Shown in pieces: positions 39,718 through 49,822 of a stretch of DNA of 64,000 bases. How positions within the stretch are numbered: position 1 is the first letter of the stretch; the number at the start of each line of letters is the position of its first letter. Both the position numbers and the translations under genes were made by a program. The DNA is taken from positions 128,001 to 192,000 of the forward strand of contig CAVOVB010000010.1 in the NCBI GenBank assembly GCA_963699755.1. Direction: 5' to 3'. Origin of the DNA: an uncultured delta proteobacterium. GTDB taxonomy: Bacteria > Myxococcota_A > Polyangia > Polyangiales > Houyiibacteriaceae. The notes below the pieces were generated by a model. The model had not been told where the DNA came from and ran no database searches. It was given only the letters and a program-made list of their open reading frames with translations.

Positions 39718-41874
39718 ATGCACCCTGCACGGCCGCAACTACCCTCTCGGCCATGCCCTGCTTGCGGGCAGGCGGTTGACCCGCTGCGCGCCCGCCGCGT
39801 CCTCTGGCTCGAGGACGGCGCCAGATTCCTCTGCGACGCTGAATGCCATCTTCGTTTTGAGCTCGGTGATCGCGCGTTCGACGCCCGCTCGAGTCAGCCT
39901 TCGGAGCGGCCGCGCGTCGAGCGACATTCCATTCCAGAGCTGGTTCGAGAAGCCACGCTTCCCCGCAAGGACCCTACCCCAACGGAGGGCGACGGAGCCC
40001 GTGCCCAACCATACGACCCGGTCATCGCAACCGGCCTCGCCTGCCTCGCGCTCGCCCTGCTCTTGCTCACGCCAGGCCGCGAGCTCGGATGGCTCGCTGC
40101 CTTCCTCGTCCTTCTCTGCGCGGGCGTGAATGCTGGCATCCCACTCACCACGCTGCGTGCGAGTCGATCGCTCAGAGTCGTAGCCCCACTGGGGCTCGTA
40201 TTCGCATCCGTCGCCGCAGTCATGAGCGTCGACGCGGAAACTCAGCGCTGGTCGCTCGCGGGGGCGGCGGTCGCAGCGATCGCGGTCTCGGTCCGCAACT
40301 GGCTCCACGCTTCATTGTCTTTCTCGCTGGAGAACGCCTCGGAGTCGCTTCGCGAAACCCTGCCGCTCCACGCGCGTGTCCCGACCGACGACTCTTCGGC
40401 CTACGAAGAGGTAGCAGCCGACAGCTTGCGTCAAGGAGACCTCGCCGTCGTCCTCGAGGGCGAGTGCGCGGCTGCCGATGGCGTCGTCGAACGAGGCTCG
40501 GGCTCGGCTTTGCGCTACCCTAAAGCGGCGCACTCGAGGCGGTACGCCGAAGGTGATTTCATGCTCGCCGGGACGCGTGTGCTTGAGGGCGCCGTAACGG
40601 TTCGGGTTCGACGGACCGGCCAGGAGCGAGGGATGCTTCGCACCGTCGAGCTTGGGAGAGGCACCCAGCAGGACATGGCTGCCGCGTCTCGACTACGCTT
40701 CGCGCTCACACACTGGAGTTGGCTCCTTTTGGCGCCAGCGAGCGTTGCGGCCCTGCTTTGGGCGGGACCGGCCGGGGCGGCGACCTTTTTGCTCGGGGTC
40801 CCCGTGCTCGCCTTGCTGGCCTCACTCGACGCACCCTTGGACGCTGGCGCGCTCGCTTCGGCACGGCGAGGCATGTTCTTTGGCAGCGCGCGCACCCTCC
40901 GTGACGCAGGCCGCGTGAGCACGACCGCAATCTTGCTCAGAGGTTCTCTGACCGCGGGTGAGCCGGTCGTTCGGCAGGCGCATCCGCTCGGGCATACCAA
41001 CCTCGATAGGGTCCTCGCCCTCGCAGCCGCGGCCGAACAGGCGGCCGAGGACCATCCAATCGCTCGGGCGATCCAGCGCTTTGCCGAGGAACGCGGCCGC
41101 GCTTCGGCCTCGGTTCGCAAGGCGCGCGTCCGGGCCGGTCTCGGTGTCACCGCCGTCACCTCGCACGGCGTCCCAGTCGTCGTCGGTCGACGACAGCTAC
41201 TCCTCGACGAAGGCGTCAGCGTGGCCACGGCGGACAGCGACGCGGCTCACATCGAGAGCGAAGGTTTGACACCCATCTTCATCGCGGTCGACGGCCGACT
41301 CGAAGCGTTGCTTGCGGTGCTCGACCCTACCCACGTCGGCGCGCGGGACGCAGTGCAACGCATCGTCGACCTGCCCTGTGAGGTGGTTGTCCTCTCCGGG
41401 GATGACCGGCGCACGGTCGAACGCATCGCAGCCAATCTAGGCGCCCCGCGCGTCAAGGCTCCGCTGCTGCCGATAGAGCGTGTCGCCGAGGTGCGCGCAC
41501 TCGCTGAAACCGGCGGGGTCACGGCGGCAGTCGGCCGAGGCGGCGTGGACGACGCGGTGATGGCCGCTGCGGATGTTCCGATCTCGCTTCGCCTCGTCGG
41601 CTCGGCATTGGAAGACAGGGGCGTGGTCATCGCCAGCCAGGATGTTCGTGACGCCGCCGGCGCGCTCTGGATCGCCCGGGCCGCACGACGGGCGACCTGG
41701 CGCAGCATTGGCACCTCGGTCCTGGCGACCCTACTCGTCGTTCTCGGCGTGGCTTTCGAGTGGATGACTCCGGTCATGGCAGCCCTCTGCGCAGTCATGA
41801 CCGAGGTCTGGACCCTTCGGGCTGGCTCCCGCCTGCTTCGCCGTGTAGATCTTCGTGTGCCGATGCAGCAATAG
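39718..41874 (+). CDS. P1B-type ATPase-like protein with an N-terminal TRASH/YHS-like Cys motif, catalytic motifs degenerate
   Basis: P-type domain order retained (AADG, HPIA, GLGV, SGDD), but LLRGSLT replaces DKTGTLT, there is no TGE or CPC, and GRGGVDD replaces GDGxND. Confidence 0.85.
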   Translation: MHPARPQLPSRPCPACGQAVDPLRARRVLWLEDGARFLCDAECHLRFELGDRAFDARSSQPSERPRVERHSIPELVREATLPRKDPTPTEGDGARAQPYDPVIATGLACLALALLLLTPGRELGWLAAFLVLLCAGVNAGIPLTTLRASRSLRVVAPLGLVFASVAAVMSVDAETQRWSLAGAAVAAIAVSVRNWLHASLSFSLENASESLRETLPLHARVPTDDSSAYEEVAADSLRQGDLAVVLEGECAAADGVVERGSGSALRYPKAAHSRRYAEGDFMLAGTRVLEGAVTVRVRRTGQERGMLRTVELGRGTQQDMAAASRLRFALTHWSWLLLAPASVAALLWAGPAGAATFLLGVPVLALLASLDAPLDAGALASARRGMFFGSARTLRDAGRVSTTAILLRGSLTAGEPVVRQAHPLGHTNLDRVLALAAAAEQAAEDHPIARAIQRFAEERGRASASVRKARVRAGLGVTAVTSHGVPVVVGRRQLLLDEGVSVATADSDAAHIESEGLTPIFIAVDGRLEALLAVLDPTHVGARDAVQRIVDLPCEVVVLSGDDRRTVERIAANLGAPRVKAPLLPIERVAEVRALAETGGVTAAVGRGGVDDAVMAAADVPISLRLVGSALEDRGVVIASQDVRDAAGALWIARAARRATWRSIGTSVLATLLVVLGVAFEWMTPVMAALCAVMTEVWTLRAGSRLLRRVDLRVPMQQ

Positions 41875-41887
41875 TGGAGAACAAAGG

Positions 41888-43279
41888 ATGAGTGACAAGG
41901 CATGGGGCGGCCGGTTCCAGAAGGAGCTGGATGCGATCGCAGCGAGCTTCAGCGCAAGCGTGGATGTCGACGGCCGTCTGTGGGCACAGGACATCGACGG
42001 ATCGATCGCACACGTGCGCATGCTTGCCGACCAGAACATCCTCTCCATCAAGGACGCTGCGCAAATCGTCACAGGCCTCGAAGAGATCCGCGCATCCATT
42101 GCGCGGGGCGAGTTCGACTGGGACGAAAGCAAAGAAGACGTTCACATGAACATCGAGGCTGCCCTGACGAGCGCAATCGGCGAGGCCGGCGGCCGCCTCC
42201 ACACCGGGCGAAGCCGCAACGACCAGGTCGCGACCGACATGCGGCTTTGGACGCGACAGGCCTGCGCGTCCACGGTGGCGGATATCGATGCCCTGCTCGA
42301 GGTCCTGGTCGACAAGGCCGATGGGCACCTCGACTTCCTGATGCCTGGGTACACGCACTTGCAGCGGGCTCAGCCGATTCGCCTAGCGCACCATCTGATG
42401 GCCTGGGCCGAGATGCTCGACCGCGACCGAGGCCGACTCGTCGATGCAGCGAAGCGCATGAACGAGTGTCCGCTCGGCAGCGCAGCTTTGGCCGGTACGA
42501 CGTTCCCTATCGACCGCGAAGCCACCGCCAAGGCGCTGGGCTTCGATCAGGCCATGCGCAACTCGCTCGATGCGGTCAGCAGCAGGGATTTCCTCCTCGA
42601 GGCAGTGAGCGCGCTAGCGATCTGCGCCGTGCACCTCTCGCGGATAGCCGAGGAGCTGGTGCTCTGGTCGAGTCAGGAATTCGCCTTCATGCAGATGAGC
42701 GACGCCTTCACGACGGGCTCGTCGATCATGCCGCAGAAGAAGAACCCCGACATGCCCGAGCTGGTCCGTGGCAAGACGGGACGTGTCGTCGGCTCGCTGG
42801 TGAACCTCTTGGTCATCCTCAAGGGCCTTCCGCTCAGCTACAACCGCGACCTCCAAGAAGACAAGGCGCCGGTCTTCGAAGCCTTCGATACGGTACGCGA
42901 GTGCCTAGCGGTGCTGAGCGGCGCGATTGGCTCGGCGACCTTCGACAAGGAGCGGATGGAGGCCTCACTTCGGTCCGGCTTTCTAGACGCCACCGAGGTC
43001 GCGGACTGGCTTGCGTCGCGGGGAGTGCCATTTCGGGATGCCCACCATGTCGCGGGTAAGCTGGTCCATCGGGCCGTGCAGGAGGGCAAGACGCTCTCTG
43101 AGCTTCCCCTCCAGGTCTACCAAGACGAGCACGAAGCCTTCGACGACACGATCTTTGGAGCGTTGGACATGGAAACTGCAGTCGAGCGCCGCGATGTCGT
43201 GGGTGGGCCGGCCCGGGGCAGGGTCGCGGCCGCGATCGCCGAGCTACGGGGTCGACTCCAGGCGCGCCGGGACGCATAG
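41888..43279 (+). CDS. argH: Argininosuccinate lyase
   Basis: WGGRF, LHTGRSRNDQV, PGYTHLQRAQP, GSSIMPQKKNPD. Confidence 0.98.
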   Translation: MSDKAWGGRFQKELDAIAASFSASVDVDGRLWAQDIDGSIAHVRMLADQNILSIKDAAQIVTGLEEIRASIARGEFDWDESKEDVHMNIEAALTSAIGEAGGRLHTGRSRNDQVATDMRLWTRQACASTVADIDALLEVLVDKADGHLDFLMPGYTHLQRAQPIRLAHHLMAWAEMLDRDRGRLVDAAKRMNECPLGSAALAGTTFPIDREATAKALGFDQAMRNSLDAVSSRDFLLEAVSALAICAVHLSRIAEELVLWSSQEFAFMQMSDAFTTGSSIMPQKKNPDMPELVRGKTGRVVGSLVNLLVILKGLPLSYNRDLQEDKAPVFEAFDTVRECLAVLSGAIGSATFDKERMEASLRSGFLDATEVADWLASRGVPFRDAHHVAGKLVHRAVQEGKTLSELPLQVYQDEHEAFDDTIFGALDMETAVERRDVVGGPARGRVAAAIAELRGRLQARRDA

Positions 43280-43288
43280 AGGGCCGCG

Positions 43289-44584
43289 ATGTCCAACGTG
43301 CACATTCCCGAGTCGCCCTGGTTCTCGTACCGAGATGGCGCGCTCGCCTGCGAAGGCGTCGCACTCGAGTCGATTGCCAACGAGTTCGACACGCCCGCGT
43401 TCGTGTATTCCGGTGCGGCGATCGACGAGGCGTATCGTTCGATCGACGAGGCGCTGGCCTTCGCTCCGCACCTGATCGCCTACGCCGTGAAGGCCAATGG
43501 CAACCTGTCCGTCCTCGCGCGCCTCGCCTCGCAGGGCTGCGGCGCAGACATCGTGTCGGCGGGCGAGATGCAGCGCGCGCTCAAGGCCGGCTTCCCGCCC
43601 GAACGGATCATCTACAGCGGCGTCGGAAAGCGGCGCGAGGAAATCGTGGCCGCCGCCAAGGCCGGCATTCGCGCGCTGCACGTCGAAAACATCCAGGAGC
43701 TCGATGTCGTCGAAAGCGTCGCTAAGGAGCTCGGTCGTACGCTGGCCATCGGCTTGCGGGTCAACCCCGATGTCGACCCGAAAACCCATCCCTACATCGC
43801 CACCGGCCTCCGCGAATCGAAGTTCGGCCTCGCGATCCCCGTGGCCGAGTCGATCGTTCCTCGCGTGGTCCGTAGCTCGCAGCTCGTCCTCGAAGCGGTG
43901 GCCTGTCACATCGGCTCCCAACTTTCGTCTCCACGCCCTCTCCGTGAAGCGATCGAGATTCTCGGCAACTTCGCCCGCCATTGCATCGATCAGGGGGCTC
44001 GCCTGCGCGCGATCGACGTCGGCGGCGGATGGCCGATGCACTACGGGCAGGAGCTCGACCCGTACCCGCCCACTGCTGTCTTTGGCCATGCGATTCGCGA
44101 AGGCTTGGAAGCATCCGGGATGCTGCGCCCGGATATCGAAGTCATCACCGAACCGGGACGCGCGCTCGTGGGGGACGCAGGCGTGCTCCTGACCCGTGTT
44201 CTGTACACGAAGATGCAAGGAGATCGCCGCTTCGTAATCGTCGACGCTGCGATGACCGAGCTCATCCGTCCCGCACTCTATGGCGCCTACCACGCGATCA
44301 TGCCCCTCGAGGAGCCTGACCCGAACGCCGATCTCGTTTCGGTCGACGTCGTTGGGCCCGTCTGCGAGTCGGGCGACTTCGTCGCGAAGGACCGCCCCTT
44401 GCCCGAGGTGAAGCAGGGCGACTTACTTGCCATTCGCGGAGCTGGCGCTTACGGACGGGAGATGCAGAGCATGTACAACGCACGCCCGCTGCCCCCCGAG
44501 GTTCTCGTCGATGGGTCGCGATCACGCCTGGTGCGTCGGCGCAGCGATGCAGAAGCGCTCTGGCAAGGCGAGATCCTCGCATGA
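43289..44584 (+). CDS. lysA: Diaminopimelate decarboxylase
   Basis: YAVKAN PLP lysine, THPYIATG, HIGSQ, EPGR, GPVCESGD. Confidence 0.97.
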   Translation: MSNVHIPESPWFSYRDGALACEGVALESIANEFDTPAFVYSGAAIDEAYRSIDEALAFAPHLIAYAVKANGNLSVLARLASQGCGADIVSAGEMQRALKAGFPPERIIYSGVGKRREEIVAAAKAGIRALHVENIQELDVVESVAKELGRTLAIGLRVNPDVDPKTHPYIATGLRESKFGLAIPVAESIVPRVVRSSQLVLEAVACHIGSQLSSPRPLREAIEILGNFARHCIDQGARLRAIDVGGGWPMHYGQELDPYPPTAVFGHAIREGLEASGMLRPDIEVITEPGRALVGDAGVLLTRVLYTKMQGDRRFVIVDAAMTELIRPALYGAYHAIMPLEEPDPNADLVSVDVVGPVCESGDFVAKDRPLPEVKQGDLLAIRGAGAYGREMQSMYNARPLPPEVLVDGSRSRLVRRRSDAEALWQGEILA

Positions 44585-45639
44585 GCGGCGTGACGATCAT
44601 CGGGACGGGTCGCTACCTGCCCGGTGAGCCTGTGCCCAATGACGCCCTCGCCCGCGTGATGCACACGAGCGATGACTGGATTCAATCACGCACGGGGATC
44701 AAGCAGCGCTACTTCGCGCGCGACGGACAGGGACCGAGCGACCTCGCCGTCGAAGCGGCTCAGCTAGCGATCGACGACGCCGGCATCGAAGCCTCAAACA
44801 TCGAGTACATCATCTTTGCCACGATGACGCCCGACTATTTCTTTCCCGGTTCGGGCCCACTCTTGGGTGCGAAGCTCGGGCTCTCCGGTGTTCCCGCGCT
44901 CGATATTCGGCAGCAGTGCGCAGCAATCCCCTTCGCCTTGCAACTTGCCAATGGTCTGGTGCAATCCGGCGCTGCAAAGACGATTTTGCTCGTGGGCGCC
45001 GACGCCCATGCTGGCTTCATGCCTTGGTCTGACTGGGACCTGGTCCGTTCCGAATCGGAAGGGCAAGTCTCTCCCGAAGCCTATGAGCGCGCCAACCGCC
45101 ACCGGAGCCTGGCCGTGGTCTTTGGAGACGGCGCTGCGGCGATGGTGCTCGAGAAGAGCAAGGCGCCGACCGGCGGTTTCATCGGCGCCGAATTGCACAG
45201 CGACGGGGACTCGTTCGACCATCTGTTCGTCTCGGGCTGCGGGTTTCGGAACGTCCCCTACGTGACCCCGGAGGCAGTGCTCGCCGACGAGCACATTCCG
45301 CAGATGCGCGGCCCTTCACTTCTCAAAAAGGCGGTTCAAACTCTTTCGCGCACCGTAAAGTCGCTCTGCGAGACCCATGGCGTCTCCCAGAGCGAGATCG
45401 ATTGTTTCATCGCACATCAGGCCAACGATCGAATCAATCGGGCCGTCCGCCAGGCGCTCAAGATCCCGGAATCGAAGATCCCCTCGAACATCGCGCGCTA
45501 CGGCAACACCTCGGCCGCGACGATCGGCATTCTCACCGACGAGCTTCGGCGCGACGGACGCATCCGCGAAGGCGACCTCCTGTGCTTCCTCGCGCTCGGC
45601 GCCGGCTTGAGCTGGGGCGCTACCCTGCTTCGCCTCTGA
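44581..45639 (+). CDS. fabH: 3-oxoacyl-ACP synthase III family
   Basis: W..SRTGI, catalytic Cys (QQCAA), FGDGA, HQAN, GNTSAA. Confidence 0.9.
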   Translation: MSGVTIIGTGRYLPGEPVPNDALARVMHTSDDWIQSRTGIKQRYFARDGQGPSDLAVEAAQLAIDDAGIEASNIEYIIFATMTPDYFFPGSGPLLGAKLGLSGVPALDIRQQCAAIPFALQLANGLVQSGAAKTILLVGADAHAGFMPWSDWDLVRSESEGQVSPEAYERANRHRSLAVVFGDGAAAMVLEKSKAPTGGFIGAELHSDGDSFDHLFVSGCGFRNVPYVTPEAVLADEHIPQMRGPSLLKKAVQTLSRTVKSLCETHGVSQSEIDCFIAHQANDRINRAVRQALKIPESKIPSNIARYGNTSAATIGILTDELRRDGRIREGDLLCFLALGAGLSWGATLLRL

Positions 45640-45663
45640 ACGAAGCTTCGCTGCTCCATGGGT

Positions 45664-46740
45664 TCAGTCCCGCAATACGTCGGGGCGCTCACCAATCTTT
45701 GGTCTGATCACGCCGCGCTCCGTGTAGATCGCATCGATGAGGCGCGCTGGGGTGATGTCGAACGCAGGGTGCCGGCACGGGATTCCGTCCGAAACCAACT
45801 TGCTGTTTCCGATGGTTGCCACTTCCTCTCGCGAGCGCTCTTCGATCGGTATGTCCGCACCGGACCGTGCTCGCGGGTCGACCGTGCTCCAAGGCGCTGC
45901 AACCGTGAACGGCACCTCGTGATGATTGGCGAGAACGGCGAGCGAGTAGGTCCCGATCTTGTTTGCTACGTCGGAGTTGGCCGCGATTCGATCGCTGCCC
46001 AGCACCACGAACTGGATCTCCCCCTTCTGAAAAAAATGCCCCGCCATGCTGTCAGTGATCACCTCGACCGGGATCCCATCTTGATGAAGCTCCCATGCAG
46101 TGAGTCGCGCACCCTGAAGATAGGGGCGCGTTTCGCCCGCAAGGACGCGAATGCCTTTGCCCTGCGCGTGAGCCGTGCGCACCACGCCCAGCGCGGTACC
46201 ATAGCCCCCGGTCGCCAGGGCTCCAGCGTTGCAATGGGTGAGGATCAGAGCGCCTCGGGGAACATCCGCCGCGCCGAGCTCGGCGATCGTCCGACACGCT
46301 TCGACGTCTTCTCGGTGAATCGCCTCGGCCTCTTCGAGCATCGCCTCATAGCGCGCCTCCGGAGCCAGGTCGCAGACCGCTCCGGCACGTCGAGACATCC
46401 TCGCGATCGCCCAGGCCAGATTGACGGCCGTCGGCCGCGTTGCATTGAGCGCGCGACCGGCGACCCCATTGGCCACCAGAAACATTCTCGCGTCACTCTG
46501 CTCGCCCCGCGCAACCATCGCCAGCGCATAAGCCGCCGCGATCCCGATCGCGGGCGCCCCGCGAACCACCATGTCGCGAATTGCCTTCGCTACCTCATCC
46601 GGCGTGCGGTAGCGGTGATATTTCACCTCGGCCGGAAGGAGGCGCTGGTCGAGCATGACCAACTCCTCGCTGGCCGGGTCGAATTCGACTGCGAACCAAG
46701 CGGCGCCGCTCAGAGGTGGGCGCGAAAGGTTCCCGCTCAT
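45664..46740 (-). CDS. mtnA: S-methyl-5-thioribose-1-phosphate isomerase
   Basis: DQR.LP, MVVRGAPAIG, RPTAVNL, THCNAGALAT, ETRPYLQGARLT, NKIGTY. Confidence 0.97.
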   Translation of the reverse strand: MSGNLSRPPLSGAAWFAVEFDPASEELVMLDQRLLPAEVKYHRYRTPDEVAKAIRDMVVRGAPAIGIAAAYALAMVARGEQSDARMFLVANGVAGRALNATRPTAVNLAWAIARMSRRAGAVCDLAPEARYEAMLEEAEAIHREDVEACRTIAELGAADVPRGALILTHCNAGALATGGYGTALGVVRTAHAQGKGIRVLAGETRPYLQGARLTAWELHQDGIPVEVITDSMAGHFFQKGEIQFVVLGSDRIAANSDVANKIGTYSLAVLANHHEVPFTVAAPWSTVDPRARSGADIPIEERSREEVATIGNSKLVSDGIPCRHPAFDITPARLIDAIYTERGVIRPKIGERPDVLRD

Positions 46741-48200
46741 CGGTCGTCCAAGAGTCGCCGGAGTATCTCGTTGACCACCTTTGGATTGGCGGCGCCCTTG
46801 GTCGCCTTCATCACTTGCCCAACGAAGTAGCCCATCACGTTGGTCTTGCCCTCTTTGTACTGGGTGACCTGGGCGGGGCTCGCTTCGAGGATGCGGAGAA
46901 CCTCTTCCTCGATGGCTCCTGTGTCTGTCACCTGCGCCAAGCCTTGTTGCTCGATGATGACTTTCGGAGCCGTACCGCTCTCGACCATCGAAGCGAATAC
47001 CTTCTTTGCGATCTTGCCGTTGATCGTCCCGTCTTCGACGCAGACGAGAAGCTCCGCGAGCGCGCTCGGTGCAACCGGAAACAAGGCCTCGAGCCCGTCC
47101 GTCGTCACGTGCCGCAGGACTTCCGCTTGTACGAAGTTGCCCACCTTCTTGCCAGCCTCGTCGGCCTCCTTGCCCGACAGCTCCACGAACGAGCGCGTTG
47201 CCTCTTCGAAGTACCTGGCAACTTCCGGGTGGCTGGAGAGCACCCCCGCGTCGTATTCGGTCAGTCCAAGCTCCGCCTGCCACCTCACTCGCTTGGCACC
47301 GGGAAGCTCAGGAAGAGCTCCGCGAAGCTCTTTGATGCGGGCCTCGGTCACCACGATCGGCGGCAGGTCCGGATCTGGGAAATAGCGATAGTCATGCGCC
47401 TCTTCTTTGCTGCGCATCGAAATCGTCTTGCCCTGCGCCTCGCTCCAGGTGCGGGTCTCTTGGATCACCGTGCCCCCGCTCTGAAGCACGCCTTCTTGGC
47501 GCGCGATCTCATGGTCAATCGCCTTCTTCACGAAGCGAAACGAATTGATGTTCTTGAGCTCGGCGCGCGTGCCGAGCTCCTCTTGGCCGACGGGACGAAT
47601 CGACACGTTGGCGTCACAGCGAAACGAGCCTTCCTCGAGGTTGCCATCATTCACGCCGATGAACATCAGCACGTCGCGCAGCTTCCGAAGGTATGCCTCG
47701 GCCTCCTCTGCACTTCGCAGGTCCGGCTCGCTGACGATTTCGACCAGGGGTGTGCCTCCTCGGTTGAAGTCGACCAGCGTGACCGCGCTCGAGCCGGTGC
47801 CGTGAATGTTCTTCGCCGCGTCTTCCTCGACGTGGATGCGTGTGATCCCAATCCGTTTGGTCTGGCCGTCGACTTCGATGTCCAGATGGCCCCTCCCATT
47901 GAGCGGAAGCTCGAACTGGGAGATTTGATAGCCCTTGGGCAAGTCTGGATAGAAGTAGTTCTTCCGCGCAAAAACACTATGGCTGGCGACCTCGCAGTCG
48001 AGCGCCAGCCCGGCCTGAATGGCAAGCTCGATCGCCTTTTCGTTGGGCACCGGCAAGGCGCCTGGGAGGGCAAGGCATACTGGACATGTGTGCTCATTGG
48101 GGGGCGCCCCGTACTCCGTCGGACACCCACAAAACAGCTTCGTCCGTGAACGCATCTGGGCGTGCACTTCGAGTCCAATCACCGGCTCATAAGCGGTCAT
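46737..48200 (-). CDS. gatB: Asp/Glu-tRNA amidotransferase subunit B
   Basis: IGLEVH, RKNYFYPDLPKGYQISQ, RCDANVS, DYRYFPDPDL. Confidence 0.98.
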   Translation of the reverse strand: MTAYEPVIGLEVHAQMRSRTKLFCGCPTEYGAPPNEHTCPVCLALPGALPVPNEKAIELAIQAGLALDCEVASHSVFARKNYFYPDLPKGYQISQFELPLNGRGHLDIEVDGQTKRIGITRIHVEEDAAKNIHGTGSSAVTLVDFNRGGTPLVEIVSEPDLRSAEEAEAYLRKLRDVLMFIGVNDGNLEEGSFRCDANVSIRPVGQEELGTRAELKNINSFRFVKKAIDHEIARQEGVLQSGGTVIQETRTWSEAQGKTISMRSKEEAHDYRYFPDPDLPPIVVTEARIKELRGALPELPGAKRVRWQAELGLTEYDAGVLSSHPEVARYFEEATRSFVELSGKEADEAGKKVGNFVQAEVLRHVTTDGLEALFPVAPSALAELLVCVEDGTINGKIAKKVFASMVESGTAPKVIIEQQGLAQVTDTGAIEEEVLRILEASPAQVTQYKEGKTNVMGYFVGQVMKATKGAANPKVVNEILRRLLDDR

Positions 48201-48295
48201 GCGCGTGGTTTATAGCGCACCGAGGATGGAAGGCCATCTCCTCGAGCCGGAGATACATTGGCATTTGCTTATCAATTTGCCCATCATGAGGGCGG

Positions 48296-49819
48296 GTGGA
48301 AATGCCTTCAGAGACCGGCCAAGGGGAACAAACGCCTGAAGCCTTTCGCGTGCTCGTGGTCGACGATAGTCGGTCGATCCGTCGTCGCGTCGTGCAGAAG
48401 CTCCAGACGATGAACTTCCAGATCACCGAAGCGGCTTCTGGCGAAGAAGCGCTGGCGCTCAGCCTGGAGCAGACCTTCGACTTGGTCGTCAGCGACATCG
48501 AAATGGGCGAGATCACCGGTGTCCAGCTCTGCCGCGTCTTCCGTGGCGACCCGGGCATCGCCGACATCGCCTTCGTTCTACTGACTGCGGCCAAAGAAGC
48601 GAAGACCCGTTTCTGGGGCCGAAACGCCGGGGCGGATGTCTACCTCGCAAAGGAAGACATGGAGGAGAAGCTCCTGCCGGCCGTCGAGAAGATCATGGAA
48701 GGCCGGACGCCACGCAAGAGCAGCCGACCCGAGCTCACGGGCACACCGCTTGAACGGGTGAGCGCCGTACTCGAGCACCATCTGTTCGAGGTAGTCGTCC
48801 AATCCGAAGTCCGCCGCCTGATGGACCATGTTCACGATCGACACGAGTTCAGCGAAAAGGTCCTGGAGCTCGCCGGCGAAGTCGTCGGCTGTCCGTATCT
48901 GGTTCTCCAGCTTCTCGGGCCCGGAGGGCCCAGCTATGCGATCCGGGCGCGCGGACCCTGGCCCGAGGACGAGCCCACCGCAGGGCTGGCCGCACTAGGG
49001 ATTCCCGAGAAGAGCATCGCGGCGACCCGGACGGCGCTCGATCCCGATCCGAAATATGGCACCGGCCGCCACGTGGTCGGCGGGCGCTCCTACAACTGCG
49101 AGATCCGGGTCCGTGACGAGTCCCTCGGCACCTTGCAGGTCTTTGGCGGAGCAAACGTCTGCGCCCCGCCCGATCTTCGCAGCTTGGAGCTCATCGCCGA
49201 TGCCTTGGGCGTCGTGGTGAAGTCCCTTTTTCTGGTCGAGCAAACGCAACTCCTGGCCCTGACCGACGGCCTCACCGGGCTCTACAATCGCCGCCATGCA
49301 AGCCAGCGCCTGGAAGAGGAGATTGCGCGCGCGCGCCGCAACAACACCGGCCTCTGCGTCGCCATGTGCGACGTCGATCACTTCAAAGCGATCAACGACG
49401 AGTTCGGGCACGCAGCGGGCGATCACGTCCTACAACAAATCGCGAAATCATTGTCCGAGTACGTTCGCCGAAACGACATCGTGTCGCGCTGGGGCGGCGA
49501 GGAGTTCCTCGTAATCTTCTCCGAGATCAAACTCGCGGCTGCGCGCATCGTTGCCGAGCGGCTTCGGGGCCGGCTTGCGAAGACTCCGCAAGGCGAGGAT
49601 GGTCCGGACCAAATCAGCGTCAGCATCGGACTCGCGATGCTCCGCCCGGGCATCAGCGCAGAAGCTCTGGTCGAACAGGCAGACCAAGCGCTCTACCGCG
49701 CGAAGGCCCGGGGGCGAAACCGAGTCGAGGTCGCCGGCGAGGAACGACGTGCGAGACCCTCAATCAGAACGCAGGGAATCGTTGCGGAAACCGAGTCGAA
49801 GCATCCCGAACCCAAGTAG
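48296..49819 (+). CDS. Response-regulator diguanylate cyclase (REC-GAF-like-GGDEF)
   Basis: REC motifs VVDDS...SDIEM; TDGLTGLYNRR, D.DHFK.IND.FGH..GD, I-site RRND, active site GGEEF. Confidence 0.95.
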   Translation: MEMPSETGQGEQTPEAFRVLVVDDSRSIRRRVVQKLQTMNFQITEAASGEEALALSLEQTFDLVVSDIEMGEITGVQLCRVFRGDPGIADIAFVLLTAAKEAKTRFWGRNAGADVYLAKEDMEEKLLPAVEKIMEGRTPRKSSRPELTGTPLERVSAVLEHHLFEVVVQSEVRRLMDHVHDRHEFSEKVLELAGEVVGCPYLVLQLLGPGGPSYAIRARGPWPEDEPTAGLAALGIPEKSIAATRTALDPDPKYGTGRHVVGGRSYNCEIRVRDESLGTLQVFGGANVCAPPDLRSLELIADALGVVVKSLFLVEQTQLLALTDGLTGLYNRRHASQRLEEEIARARRNNTGLCVAMCDVDHFKAINDEFGHAAGDHVLQQIAKSLSEYVRRNDIVSRWGGEEFLVIFSEIKLAAARIVAERLRGRLAKTPQGEDGPDQISVSIGLAMLRPGISAEALVEQADQALYRAKARGRNRVEVAGEERRARPSIRTQGIVAETESKHPEPK

Positions 49820-49822
49820 ACA

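Noticed and set aside
38260..43279. fumC and argH proximity as a fumarate-recycling module
   Set aside because: Metabolically plausible, but the genes are divergent and separated by another gene; there is no evidence beyond proximity.
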